Of a stretch of DNA of 64,000 nt, positions 52,251 through 64,000 are shown piece by piece (within the stretch, counting starts at the first letter, position 1; every line of letters begins with the position of its first letter). The DNA is from Phoronis australis. Its lineage: Eukaryota > Animalia > Phoronida. The position numbers and the translations under genes are program-made. The stretch spans positions 853,785-917,784 of the forward strand of contig NMRA01000025.1 in NCBI GenBank assembly GCA_002633005.1, written 5' to 3'. A model generated the notes under the pieces. That model was not told where the DNA came from and searched no databases. It saw only the letters and a list, made by a program, of their open reading frames with translations.

Positions 52251-52817
52251 AACTATGCAGAGGGCACTCAAATAACATTCATAGGCACGCAAAAACAGAG
52301 CTCCGGAATAATGAATTGCGTTGGGAGTGTCTGCCAAGAACCCGTATGCTTGAAGGTGGTCTGCCATAAATGTATTAGGCTACAAAATAAGATCCATGAA
52401 TTTGTGATTTTGGAGAATCACCACTCGACGGCAACTTGAATTGATCAAATGAAAGAAGCAAAGACAGTATTCAAAGACTTGTTCGATGCTAGTTTCGTAT
52501 AGTTCCATGCATATTTGAGTAGAAAATTCTAAGCAAACAGATTTTGAGTGTCCAACCTTTATGTTTTCTTAATATTGAGTGACGTCAGTAGTGATCGAGG
52601 AACAGATAAACTCAAGCGCCTGTGGCTGGGTGGGTCCGCCTATCTCTTCTGTGACTTCACTTAGTCTTTGGTTGGCTGCTTGACAAAGCGTATGATAAAA
52701 AGTACAAATCTTCTACTAAATTTTCTCAGTAAAGCCGAAAGTAAGGTACAGTGTCGCACACTAAGCTACGCATCAGTTTCCAAACCACAAATAATGCTAC
52801 TATCTACAATCACAAAC

Positions 52818-53090
52818 CTTTTTGAAACATTTCTTCCAGCAATAAAAAATTTCAGCACAACTAAAATCCAAAAATGGCGCGTCGAGTCTACGCGATAAAA
52901 CGCGAGAAACTTCGTAAAATTTATATTTGCCGTGTAAATTTTCTATGAAATTTCGATGCAGTTGTAATTTTCAATCACGTGTACAACAGAGATACATTCA
53001 ACAGTCGTTGTTTGTTTTTATAACAGTGAAGTACCTAATGTTTAAAAGTAAAATTATATAATTAATTTTTATTAGTCGTTGGGACCCAAG
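52818..53090. promoter_or_regulatory. Probable bidirectional promoter for CKS (minus, candidate 5'UTR exon with donor at 52817) and SDHC (plus)
   Basis: CpG-enriched patch with YY1-like AAAATGGCG (~52870). Minus-strand AAG|GTTTGT donor at 52817. SDHC ATG at 53091. Confidence 0.55.
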
Positions 53091-56000
53091 ATGTCGCTGT
53101 TATTGAGGTAACCTTGAAATTTACGTTTATTTTTCTCACATTTTGGTCGTCACGAAGTTAAATGTCCTTAAAATCCCTTGCAAATAAGCAAATATTTCTT
53201 ACTGTGTTTTAATTAGAAGACGTTAGGACTTGGAAAATACAGCAGGGTTTTCGATACCTCGATATTTGGGGCCGAAAATCTGCTCCATTTCTCCACTCCA
53301 CCTAGGCAATGACCATCGCCTCTGTTGGCCAGAACCAGAGGCGATGCAGAGGCTATAGGCGCTCTGTACGCCGGAAGCTTTTCGGCGAATTATGCCTCGC
53401 ACCGACTAAACCATCGGGGGGCACGAATTCAGGTTCCGCTTTGGCCACAGCACCGTCAGGGCAGAAGTTGTACATTGACAATCATTATTTGAGTAATGTA
53501 AATGTAAATATAGATTCCCCTAACACCTGCCCGTGAGATGGAAATCGAGTTGTTTCACAACAGTTTCTGCCAGTCAGAGAGCAAACACTAAATTAGCATG
53601 AGCTCACACGGCCTCGGTGTCCCGTCAATTAGTTTCATTGCACCTAAAGCCGGTAACGCAGTGATTCATTCATTGCTGGGTTTTCAAATCATTTGCACTC
53701 ACGAACTCTCCAAAGGCATTACAAATTGCATCTAATGAGACAGACTTCAGTTTTTTATAAGTATTGGTTAGGGTGAGAATAATTCATTTTGAAACAGAAC
53801 GCTAAGTAATAAACGCCAACATGGCAACTCGCAATCTCGAGTTAGGACGAGCTAGAGCTCATCAGTCCCGACTTCGCAGGTGGATCGTTAAGTTTTACAA
53901 GCTATCAATTCGAACAGGAATACAGTGATGAAGAAATACTAGAGAGGCACCATGAACAAGCTCAGACAACGGAACGTATAGTTATTTGGTAAGCTGACCA
54001 TTCCGGCGTCAGGCACTGTCGACGTCTGCAGGCCACAGACACGGAGATGTTTCACGGCCTCATACTTGCTATTTACAGCATACATTTCATTCTTCACTAC
54101 CATGAGCCACTTCCTAAGCATTTCGGACTCTCGAGGAAGTAAAAAAATGATATACCCGCTTTCCTCGCAGCTGCTTAGTTCGGACAAGCGGTAGCGATGC
54201 ACCGCAACATAGCGGCATTCACTCTGTGTATGAACCATTGACGTCGCTAGCGTCGATTCTGACCTTCCTCACAAGTTAACGCGACACCTCTTGGCAAGGT
54301 AAGGTCGACCGTATGCGAGGCAATGTGGATATAGACCGATTAAGATGGCAAGAAGACTAATTAAATCAGGTGGCATTCTCCTTTAAAGTTACCCTAACCC
54401 TGACCATTTTTCCAAAGCTATTGCTAGGGGGCATGTCAACATGACCTCAAGCTTTTAACCAGGTCAAAATTTATAGCTGGTGGTGCTAGGAGTGAAGCTG
54501 AAGTCCCTACTCTCGAGTTCTGAATAGTTGTAGAGACAGCAACAATAGTATAGACGGGAAATTTCACGATTTGTAATATTGGTAGAGACTGGAATAATAG
54601 TATACACCCGACATTTTTTCCACTGGAAAAGTAGAATAATGGTACAGACAGGAAATTTGCGGAAAAATGGATAATAGAATAGACTGGAATAATGGTATAG
54701 ACGGTAAATTTGTGAAAATTTAAAAATAGTATTGAGCGGATTAATGATATTGATTACAAATTTGAGTAAAATCTAAATCATATAGATGGGTTTAATAGTG
54801 CAAAACAGCAAATTCTAGGGAATAATGGTAAAGATGGCAACTTTGTGGAAATTCAAATATAGTATAGACTGGAATAGTACTTTTGATTACAAATTTGTGT
54901 AAAATCTAATAACGATGTAGATGGGAATAATATTGCAAAGCAGCAAATTCTGTCTTACTTTGCACCATTTTAAGCAATTATTTTAAAGAAAAACCTTTAA
55001 ACTGAGCATTAGCATTAATTGATTCGTTGTTCAGTTTTCGTAAAAAATTGACCAAATATGGGAGTTAATGCGAGTGTTGGCGGTCCTATCGTCGGTACTG
55101 CCGCAGTTACAGCACCATGCAGTGGTGTATCCACCCAATGTAACAACACAGTACAGTGAAGTGGAATAAAAGTGTCAACTCATTGATGAAACGAAAACCA
55201 ATTCGGTTATTAAATAATTTTAAATGGAAGCCTGTACAGATGTGTTTGAAACAGAATGTGGTATCATTTTACTCCAAAAAGAATGTGACGTTCATACTAA
55301 ATGCCAGTGTCGACGAAGTCCAAAAACTATAACACGAAGGTAAAGATTTCAGCAGCAATGTCCTGTCTTCCATGAACCCGACATTCTGTCTAAAGAGTCC
55401 AGATTAAGGGAGTCGCATTTTTATCATAAACATGATACATGTTCCTGACAGTTGAGGCTATGTTTTCACTCAATCTCATATATTGCACAAGTGTTCATAG
55501 TCAATACCCTTGTTAGTCTGAAATCCAAAATTTTAGACTACCAGAATTCTTGCTGAAATTGCACAACATAGAAAGTCCAAGACTTCGTCCATCATCCTGA
55601 ATATCTAATTAAGTAAAGTCAACAAACCGATTCATGTGCGTTTCCATTTACGTTGACAGGAGAGCAAGTAGAAGCAATTTCTATAAAGATTGGATTGTCT
55701 ATTGTTAGCAACTATGCCATTTTCAGGATTGTCGCAAATCAATTCTTTTTAAAAACCATCTATTCTCAAATTTGGAGCGAATTTTTAAAATGCCGATGTC
55801 CGATGTTGTTGGCAACTTGTCGGTACTTTGATTGAAAGGTTCACCGTTCATTGCACAGGTATTTGCGTTTCGTTCACTTGCCGTGTTGTTACCACGTTCC
55901 GTATCTGTAGCTGGATTATTTGTCGTACCAGCATCTGAGTCAACATCTGTGTCTGGAACATGTCTTGTGAAAGTATCCCTGGACTCCTTTAGGTCATTGC

Positions 56001-59000
56001 AGATGACATGACTAAGTATGTAGAATGCGCATGTCAATCACACGGAAACCACAGCCGACACTGGCTGTGCAAAATCCCAGAATTACTCCTCCCCAAAACC
56101 ACAAACGTCGGTCTCTACAGACTCATTGAAGAGTTATAACAGTTTGCCACTTTTTCACAGGGTGTAATCCTAAATATTGGATCAGCCAAAGAACATCCAA
56201 TAAAAGTCGTCAAAAGTCTTTCTATTCATAGTTATGTTGGGCTGCCGGTAGCACCGACTTGTGTCACGAGGCGTGCGGAATAGGCCTACTGAAAAATGCG
56301 CTAAGGAAAGCACTTTTTGCACAGTAAATTTCTTATTTATGAAATGACTGATGGCCTATTTGTTTGAGTGACTGCCGATAATATTGAGAAGGTGGTCATC
56401 ATTTCAAGCTTTTTTAAATTTTGCCCCCTCTTTTTTAATTCTCACCATCCCGTTGAAGCCATGTGAAATAACATTGTGTGATGTTGTAATCACTGTTATC
56501 TGGACTTAGTAGCACATTTTTGTCACTATGTGGCCACTCGTTTACATCACATTTAAAGCTAGTAAACGTGACAAAGTTTCACGGATAGCTCAAAACTGTC
56601 TGAACTATTAGGTTGGCTTAGTTGACTTTTAGAATTTAGTTTGGAATGTTTGCATGCCACTTTCTCACAGTTCTCAATGTTGATGGCGATGGTGCTGCAG
56701 CTTAACAGATTTTGTCTGACATTACAAGTAGTGCATACCTACCGTGCGTAGAATAAAAGATCGTCTTTATTTAAACTGAAACAAAATCAATTGTTATAAA
56801 CATTGAATTAGACGCTCATAACAAATTGCCTGATGTATTAATCTTCAAATAAATTAGCAGCATTTTAATTAAAATATTTCTGAAATAAATTTTTTTGTCA
56901 CGTGTTGTTTTCAGTTCCGTCAACGGCTGCATATTGTTTCGTTGTGTCATCCAAGATGTTTTTCTGGTGAAACAGATGGAAATTAGGTGGATAGTCTACC
57001 CCAAAATTGAGACATCAAAGGCCCTGATGACAAAGTGCGGTTCGCGGGCCAGGAAAGCTGTCCTGTGTTGTAATGAGAAGAATAGAATTTGACAATAGTT
57101 ACTTTTTTAGTGGTCCTTGAATTTTCTAAATTATTTTCATACACAGGTGTTGTTCAACACAGGACATATCTGCACATGACAAACTACTTGTCATGTGACT
57201 TCAAGCCCGGTTAAATGGCCCGGTTGCTAGAGGTCACCTCCAATTGCTTACTAAAAGCATTATACTCCTGTTGAAAATGAGCAGGGAGACTTCATGCATG
57301 TGTATTATGTTCATTCCTTCACACCCTCTTCCGGAAGTGACGGAGACCTCTCTTGGTCTGCAGTATTTACCCACAATTCCACAGGTCTGCAGTTACGGTA
57401 GCAATTTGACACTGGTAATTTAAGAATTACTTTGGTGGTTCAATAAAAATGAGAACATAAAATTTCAATTATGTGCCATGTTTTGTCTCCTAAGTTGGTG
57501 AAATTCTACAATTTTCAACTGGTAAATTGTACATTTAGATCTGAAACCATGGAATTGAGGTAGTTGTAGTAGAACAAATAGTGTTGAACAAGGGTATTTC
57601 CAGTTCTAACAGGTAGTGTTTTATAGTACCGTGTGATTGTATCACTGAAGTGATGTCAGCCTACATTAAAATGATTATTTTATTCTCGTTTATTTCAGGA
57701 CGCTCATGCGACAGACTGCCATTAGGCAGGCCAGTCCGTTATTAAATAAATGGTAAGGAATGTACATTTTGATTTAGTGATGCATATAATGTATATTGAT
57801 GTGTGTGTTCATTAGCAACTGGGCTGTCTTAAGTTGTGGACTTCCAAACGCCTCGTTTGTGAGGCAGTCTTTTCAATTTGAGTAATGTGCACTGCTAAAT
57901 TTCCAGTGATTCATAAAACACAACACTGGAACGGTATGGTAACTCAGGATCATTTGTGATGTACATTTATTATGAAGTGAAAAACTAATCTTTGCTGTGT
58001 CTATTAATGTGTATTGCTGACTGTGAAACACTAATCTTTGCTGTGTCTATTTATGTGTATTGCTGTGTCTATTTATGTGTATTGCTGTGTCTATTTATGT
58101 GTATTGCTGTGTCTATTTATGTGTATTGCTGTGTCTATTTATGTGTATTGCTGTGTCTATTTATGTGTATTGCTGACTGTAGAGAAGTAGTGTAGTAAGA
58201 TCACTGCCACATGGCAGTAGTAACGCTGGACATAGCCTTGGTACAAAGCTGTATACTAAATATACAGCTTTTCACTGCCACATGGCAGTAGTAACGCTGG
58301 ACCTAGCCTTGGTACAAAGCTGTATACTAAATATACAGCTTTTCACTGCCACATGGCAGTAGTAACGCTGGACCTAGCCTTGGTACAAAGCTGTATACTA
58401 AATATACAGCTTTTCACTGCCACATGGCAGTAGAAACGCTGGACCTAGCCTTGGTACAAAGCTGTATACTAAATATACAGCTTTTCACTGCCACATGGCA
58501 GTAGTAACGCTGGACCTAGCCTTGGTACAAAGCTGTATACTAAATATACAGCTTTGCACCGATGTAGGTAAAAAAGTGGTAAAATAAAATATGACACAAA
58601 ATTGGTGCCATTAAAAACTATAGTCTTCCTTGAGCTAACTAAATTATTTAACGGCGTTCTATCGTTATTCTGCTGCTTAAGTTGTGGAGCGATCTTTAGC
58701 GATGGCTTTCGGTGCCATGAAATATTGCATCACCTATTAGCCAGTTTCCTTTTTCGCCGATTCTTCAATAAACTGTTCTTCTTCCACAAGGATGCGTACA
58801 TTTCACAACAAATTATCATTTCGTTTAGTTACTAGTTTTTAGAATTTTGATACCGAAAAACCGAATTTCAGATGAAATTTTGTTGCTGCCAAGCTATCAT
58901 CATGTCCCTAGAGATGTCGCAAAAATTTAGGAAATTGCACGTGCGCGTGTCACGAGCGTATTGTTTTTGAAATGACATAACTTTTCTTTGTTAGAAAAAG

Positions 59001-62000
59001 TGGAGGATTACACTAGAAAATGATGTTTGTTGCATTGTTTTTTACTTTAACGGCTGTAATGGGCAAGGTGTCGGTTGACTCTCAGATTTCGCATGCACCC
59101 CGTCCGGTCTTTAGCTCTACGTGTTGATACAGATTTCACGGCGAGGTGACGAGCATAACTACCCTGGCTGTGTGCAATTTCAGGGTCTAAGGTAGAAAAA
59201 CAGTGGTACCTTACCTAGCTGTATTTTAATGATAGTCTTCATACAGCTAGCTAGCTGGCTACTCTGGTCCCTGCTTTATGACAGTAGTAACTCTGTTGAC
59301 ATGCCAGTTCACTTATTTCCGAGTCACAGTCTTCCCTAATGACACAATGCATAGCAGTCGTCATGTCACTTTCAGGGCCATATGAACATTTTTCCTTCAA
59401 ATATTGGTTTGGTCCCCCTTGCTACATCGTGGATCTGGTGATGCACATATTAAGTGATGCTTTCGTTTGAATAGAGTGAATACAATGTCTTTTGTGTTTG
59501 AAGCCAACTGCCTTATTCACTCTCTCCATCTTTTCTAATCTCTAGGACCTTGTCTTGTTCAATGTATCAGCAACTGTGTTTTTCAGCTTGCCAATGAGTA
59601 CAATAACACCACAGCAGGAGATGAAACGATTCTGGATCAAGAATGAAACGATCAAGAGGCCAAAGTCACCCCACCTCACTATCTGGGCGTAAGTATCTTT
59701 GTTCGAACTGTAGTTAAGTGTCTTTGTTTCTACATTGAACTGTAGTTAAGTGTCTTTGTTTCTACATTGAACTGTAGTTAAGTGTCTTTGTTTCTACATT
59801 GAACTGTAGTTAAGTGCCTGGCATGCATTTGATTATCCCAGTAAAACAAATTGTTTGTTTTAATGATGTCTAAGTCTAAATTTTCACATTTTCATCAGAA
59901 TTTGAGAGAGCAAAGATTTTGATATACGTCAGATGCAACACTAAGTAGACTCAACTTGATGATTAGTTCATGCCACAAATGTTAATATTGGACAGTCACT
60001 GATACCATTTTTAATATGCTAAAAGCAATAATGCCTCGTTCTTATTTCAACATAAACTTGTTTTTTCAATCACATTTAGTTTTTTACAAAACTGTGTTCA
60101 GTTGGCTGTTACCCAAGAATCAGAAATTGAGTCTTCATAATTTTTTCTTATGCTGTTTATTGAAAATTAATTACAGGCACTCAGGTACACACCAGATGTG
60201 TGCAGGCACTCAGGTACACACCAGATGTGTGCAGGCACTCAGGTACACACCAGATGTGTGCAGGCCGCTGAGGTGGGCCCACTGTATTGATCACCTGAAC
60301 CATTTTCATGCTTTATTAATAAATAGATAAAACTGAACTGAGGATCTTGAGACCTGACTCAAGGGTCTAACAGTGTGACCCAATGGGACTCGAACCTACC
60401 TTGAGTAAAGGAAGCCGACACTTACCAACTAAGTCATAAGTAAAAATATTGAGCAAAGATCCTTTGCTCAATATTTTTGTCATTCAAATGGAACCCAGCA
60501 ATATACATAGGTCATAAGTGTCTTCTTTGCTGTTCTTTGGGTCCAACATTGTTTTTTTCAGTTCTTGCATTTTAATTTTCCTGTATATTATTTCCAGGTG
60601 GCAGTTACCCATGAATCTATCCTTGTTTCACCGAGTTACAGGGATGGCTATGGCAGTGGGTGAGTCAGACGAGGAAATAACTGGTGTTAAGCACAACACG
60701 AGAATTGTTATTCAGTTACGATTACATGTAGTCAATCCAGCACTTGAGTTCAATTGAATTTCGTTGGGAATTTGTATGTTAATGGAAGTGTGAACATTCT
60801 AGTGTCTGTTATATTACTGTTGTATTACTGTAATATTACTGTAATATTACTGTTGTATTACATTATTTCAGGTGTATATGGGTTTGCCTGGGGAACGCTA
60901 GCTCTACCCTGGGACTACACAACCATGCTGAATGCTGTTCGTGATCTTTCGTTCGTTGGGCCCGCTCTTATAACAACGACCAAATTCGTGCTGGCCTGGC
61001 CTGTTTGCTATCATTACTTTAACGGAATCCGCCATCTGGTAAGTCTTTTGGTGATCGGCCTGGGTTTTAGCGTCCATAAATATGCCTGCAAATGTTGTAA
61101 AACCTAAGAAAAATATTAATGACATGATATGTGAAGCTATTGTTTAATACCATCAGCACGTAAATTCTACAGTATGTGTTCAGTTGATGACATCCAAAGT
61201 GTGAGTCTATGGGTCGAGGGTGTCTCATCCAATTTTGCATACTCACTTAGTCAATTAAAGCTCTTATAGATATGTATTCTATCACAAAAACTAACTTTTG
61301 ATTAAGACAACTTAAATCAAATTGGCCTTCAATTGTTCTTCAGTCAAATTAGAAGTAATTTCAGGACTTCAAAAGACCTGACTGTTCTTACCAAAATCAA
61401 CTTGGTCTTCAATTTTCCTGTCAAATTAGAGGTGATTTCAGGTTTTCTTAAGATCTGGCAGTTCCTTATTACTCAAGACCAGGCTCTACGGCTTGTTATC
61501 AGGGTCAGTCATTTTCTCTGTTGAGCATGGTCTCATGGAATAACTAACTGTCAGTTGTTAGCAAGCCCAGAAACCCTTTCACAGAAGATTAAGTAACAAA
61601 TTGACACCAGTTTTATAGCAGTAAGTGGTCTGAATCAAAAGCTTGATTTGACAGAACGCATGTTTGTAGCCGCTCAAGTATCAATACTTAATTATTTTTT
61701 AAAATGTAAAATAATGATTTCTCGGTGCGGGTTCTTTGCCACAGTGGTCGCCCTTTAATCCTCTAGTCACATGGTCGAGCACTAAGAGCGTGAATGTTTC
61801 GCATGACTCAGAGTTGTTGAATGTTGAGAGCGGTCTCTGGATTTGTACTGTATTCCTAGAATGTTCTGATGGTATTTTAAAAATATAATAGTGAGCAGTG
61901 TTTATGGTAACTGTTAAAACGTGGTGCCCCACTCTGTTTTCCGTATGACTAATGGTCATACACCATTGAGCTCTCCTCTTTAGTGGAGGCAAAAAAATGC

Positions 62001-62457
62001 ATTTGTAATACTGGCTTACATTTCACAATGTCTAGCACTCGTGGGTTGATTAACAAGGGAAGACCAATACATTCCATATACAGCTCTGATATTTACCTTT
62101 TTGCTAATATTTTGATGTCAGCGATGCGACTTAAAATGCAGTAATACAAGTTAGCATGTACTACAATTAAAGAATTGCTTAATAATTAGGGTATTAGCTA
62201 GTGATGAAACTGAAGTAGTGCTTCACACGAGTTGCATTGTGGATAAATCCCTTAGAATGAAAGTGGTGCTGGGCTAGTTCAGGACCGAGCTATTGTCCTA
62301 TTACCTGTAACCTGTTTATAATACACAATTTTCCTTGCCTTCCTTCCAGGCCTGGGATGCATGTTGGGGATTTGAACTGAAGACATTGTACAAGACAGGA
62401 TACTTTGTATTGGCCCTGGCAACAATTACTGCCCTGGGAGTGGCTACACAGCTGTAA
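53091..62457 (+). CDS. SDHC: Succinate dehydrogenase cytochrome b560 subunit, mitochondrial
   Basis: Exons 53091-53107 (MSLLLR), 57699-57752, 59587-59688 (EMKRFWIKN..RPKSPHLTIW), 60598-60659 (WQLPMNLSLFHRVTG), 60872-61038 (KFVLAWPVCYHYFNGIRHL), 62350-62457 (AWD..GF..TAA). Six coding exons as in vertebrate SDHC. AATAAA at ~62794. Confidence 0.95.
53412..54382 (-). mobile_element. Partial second copy of the Kolobok-type element in SDHC intron 1
   Basis: Reverse complement of ~22721-23655, ending GGTGGCATTCTCCT-TTAA. ORF 53939-54238 reads C..FLLPRESEMLRKWL..HLRVCGL, a THAP zinc-finger-like pattern. Confidence 0.8.
54510..56475 (-). mobile_element. Right part of the same TA-TSD element family (SDHC intron 1)
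   Basis: Starts TA-CTCTCGAGTTCTGAATAGTTGTAGAGAC. Reverse complement of ~25700-27371. Confidence 0.8.
58038..58175. repeat. 22-bp minisatellite x6
   Basis: Unit TTGCTGTGTCTATTTATGTGTA. Confidence 0.9.
58202..58555. repeat. 71-bp tandem repeat x5, two palindromes per unit
   Basis: Unit CACTGCCACATGGCAGTAGTAACGCTGGACCTAGCCTTGGTACAAAGCTGTATACTAAATATACAGCTTTT. Confidence 0.92.
58202..59260 (-). mobile_element. Helentron-associated (DINE-1/HINE-like) non-autonomous element with tandemly amplified terminus
   Basis: Homologous to 21520-22185 plus 24371-24443. AGCTGTAT/ATACAGCT sub-terminal inverted repeats at both ends, terminal hairpin ACTGCCA-CA-TGGCAGT, no TSD seen. Confidence 0.55.
59705..59816. 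repeat. 32-bp minisatellite x3.5
   Basis: Unit GAACTGTAGTTAAGTGTCTTTGTTTCTACATT. Confidence 0.85.
60174..60265. repeat. 29-bp minisatellite x3
   Basis: Unit CAGGCACTCAGGTACACACCAGATGTGTG. Confidence 0.85.
60385..60436 (-). mobile_element. tRNA-derived SINE head (Pol III A and B boxes)
   Basis: Minus strand TGACTTAGTTGG (A box) ... GGTTCGAGTCCC (B box), no intact cloverleaf. Weaker similar heads at ~31005-31065 and ~63890-63945. Confidence 0.5.
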
Positions 62458-62628
62458 AAGGACATTGAAATGTGGTGCAGATTTTTATATTTGCAGTATT
62501 TATTCACTGGTGATATTCAATTCGTGCTTAGTTGGAAAGCAACATTTACCAAGTCAATATTTGAGCGGTTTGTTATGACCATTTGTTGTTCGCGTCCTTT
62601 TGTGTTGGTGTGTTGCAATGGTATGTGA

Positions 62629-62785
62629 ACAATGTGTTCAGTTAAACTATTAGTGTTCTGTAACATACAATGTGTTCAGTTAAACTATTAGTGTTCTGTA
62701 ACATACAATGTGTTCAGTTAAACTATTAGTGTTCTGTAACATACAATGTGTTCAGTTAAACTATTAGTGTTCTGTAACATACAAT
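62629..62785. repeat. 38-bp minisatellite x4 in the SDHC 3'UTR just before AATAAA
   Basis: Unit ACAATGTGTTCAGTTAAACTATTAGTGTTCTGTAACAT. Confidence 0.9.
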
Positions 62786-64000
62786 TCAGTGTAAATAAAA
62801 CTTGAAAGTAGAACATTGTTTCTGTAGTTTTGGATACAGTGAAGTATGTGTCTTCAAAACTGGTTGCTGGTGAGAAATTGTTGAATTGCAGTGGTAATTC
62901 TAAATTGTTGGTAACACTGTAAACAATCAACCACTGGATTTGTGCACATTTATGCTGGGCGTGCAAATATTTTTCAAAAACGTTTTTAAAGTCGCTCAGT
63001 TTTTGCACTAATGAGGTCACCTGGAATGCATTGATCTTAAACTGTAACAAATCAAGTTGACAAAATTCCTTCAGACTGTAAAATCAAGATGCAAACTATA
63101 TTAGAAAAAAAATGCGAGATAAGGTCATGTGAACACACGACGGTGGAATGAACTGTCACTCTTTTCCAAGCTTAATGAGGTTTAGCCTTCACATAACTAA
63201 GGTGCCTCATTTCAGACGGGATCTCTCGGTGGAGCAGTTCGGGGGAAATGTCCTTTTGTCCCTTTATACGAAATAAATACGACACTGCCAAGTATTCATC
63301 AAAAAGCTCAAAATATTCGTGCATAGCACAGCACAGCAGTATCAAGACATTCGACCCAAACCACCAAAAATGTGAAAAAATACAATAGGATTGACCGCCA
63401 TCGAAAGGGTGGAATTTTGAAGAACATGAAACCGCTATTTGTTAATTACACACAAGGACTATTTCCGATGGTTAGTTATAGAATAATGTTACTGCTTCCC
63501 ATAGTATCACAATAATAGCATCTCTTTTGAAAATGGTTACTATGAGTTGTTTCTAATGAATTACCACATGTGGAAAACACTGCTGTCGAGGTTACCTTTG
63601 GGGTGACCGTGTACATGTCGAACTCGCAATAATAAACACATAGTTGAGCTTTTTTTAGATCAAGTTCAACTCGTGAACAGATATCTCGGAAATGAGCGAC
63701 AATACACCTTACTATGAATGCTGAATATCCCATTTTCCACGGGGTTACCCGTCAAAAAATCTGCTTCTACTGGGTAACGAACTGAGGACTCGATATCTGT
63801 GGAATTACTTTTTGCAGCCATTTGTTGTGTCATACATCCTACGAGCGACGTTTCTCAATTTTGCACGACATTTGGACAATTATATAATCGTCATCTTAGA
63901 AGAGCACTAGACTAGCAATCTAGAGACCTGTGGTTCTATTCCCAGTTGGCGGACGAAGCGGTGGCGATAAGAAGGGGGTGGGTAGTTTGCCGAAGTCGAA

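Noticed and set aside
58202-58555. CRISPR-like array of palindromic repeats
   Set aside because: Units are head-to-tail with no unique spacers, there are no cas genes, and the context is a eukaryotic intron. The same applies to the 36-, 38- and 39-bp arrays.
60385-60436. tRNA gene
   Set aside because: A and B boxes are present but there is no complete acceptor or anticodon stem, so it was treated as a SINE head.

Overview
AT-rich, intron-containing eukaryotic (animal, probably marine invertebrate) genomic DNA from a heterozygous draft assembly (N gap 13074-13676; single Ns at 4311, 30094, 44083). Four conserved genes were reconstructed exon by exon from GT-AG sites and translations: HPS5 (minus strand, runs off the left edge), nicastrin NCSTN (plus; signal-peptide exon not found), a CKS1/CKS2 homologue (minus) and SDHC (plus; head-to-head with CKS). 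The rest is mostly non-autonomous transposons (PIF/Harbinger-, Kolobok-, Tc1/mariner-, MULE- and Helentron-like, a CR1-group LINE fragment, tRNA-derived SINE heads) and minisatellites, including a nested TE cluster between HPS5 and NCSTN. Three local duplications look like uncollapsed haplotypes and expose filled and empty TE insertion sites. I see no convincing new multi-gene system. The best leads are a decayed multi-exon gene upstream of NCSTN exon 2, a Helentron-like element with a 5x amplified terminal hairpin unit, a duplicated splice acceptor in HPS5, a long fold-back downstream of the NCSTN stop, and unusual SDHC quinone-site residues. All coordinates were read by hand.
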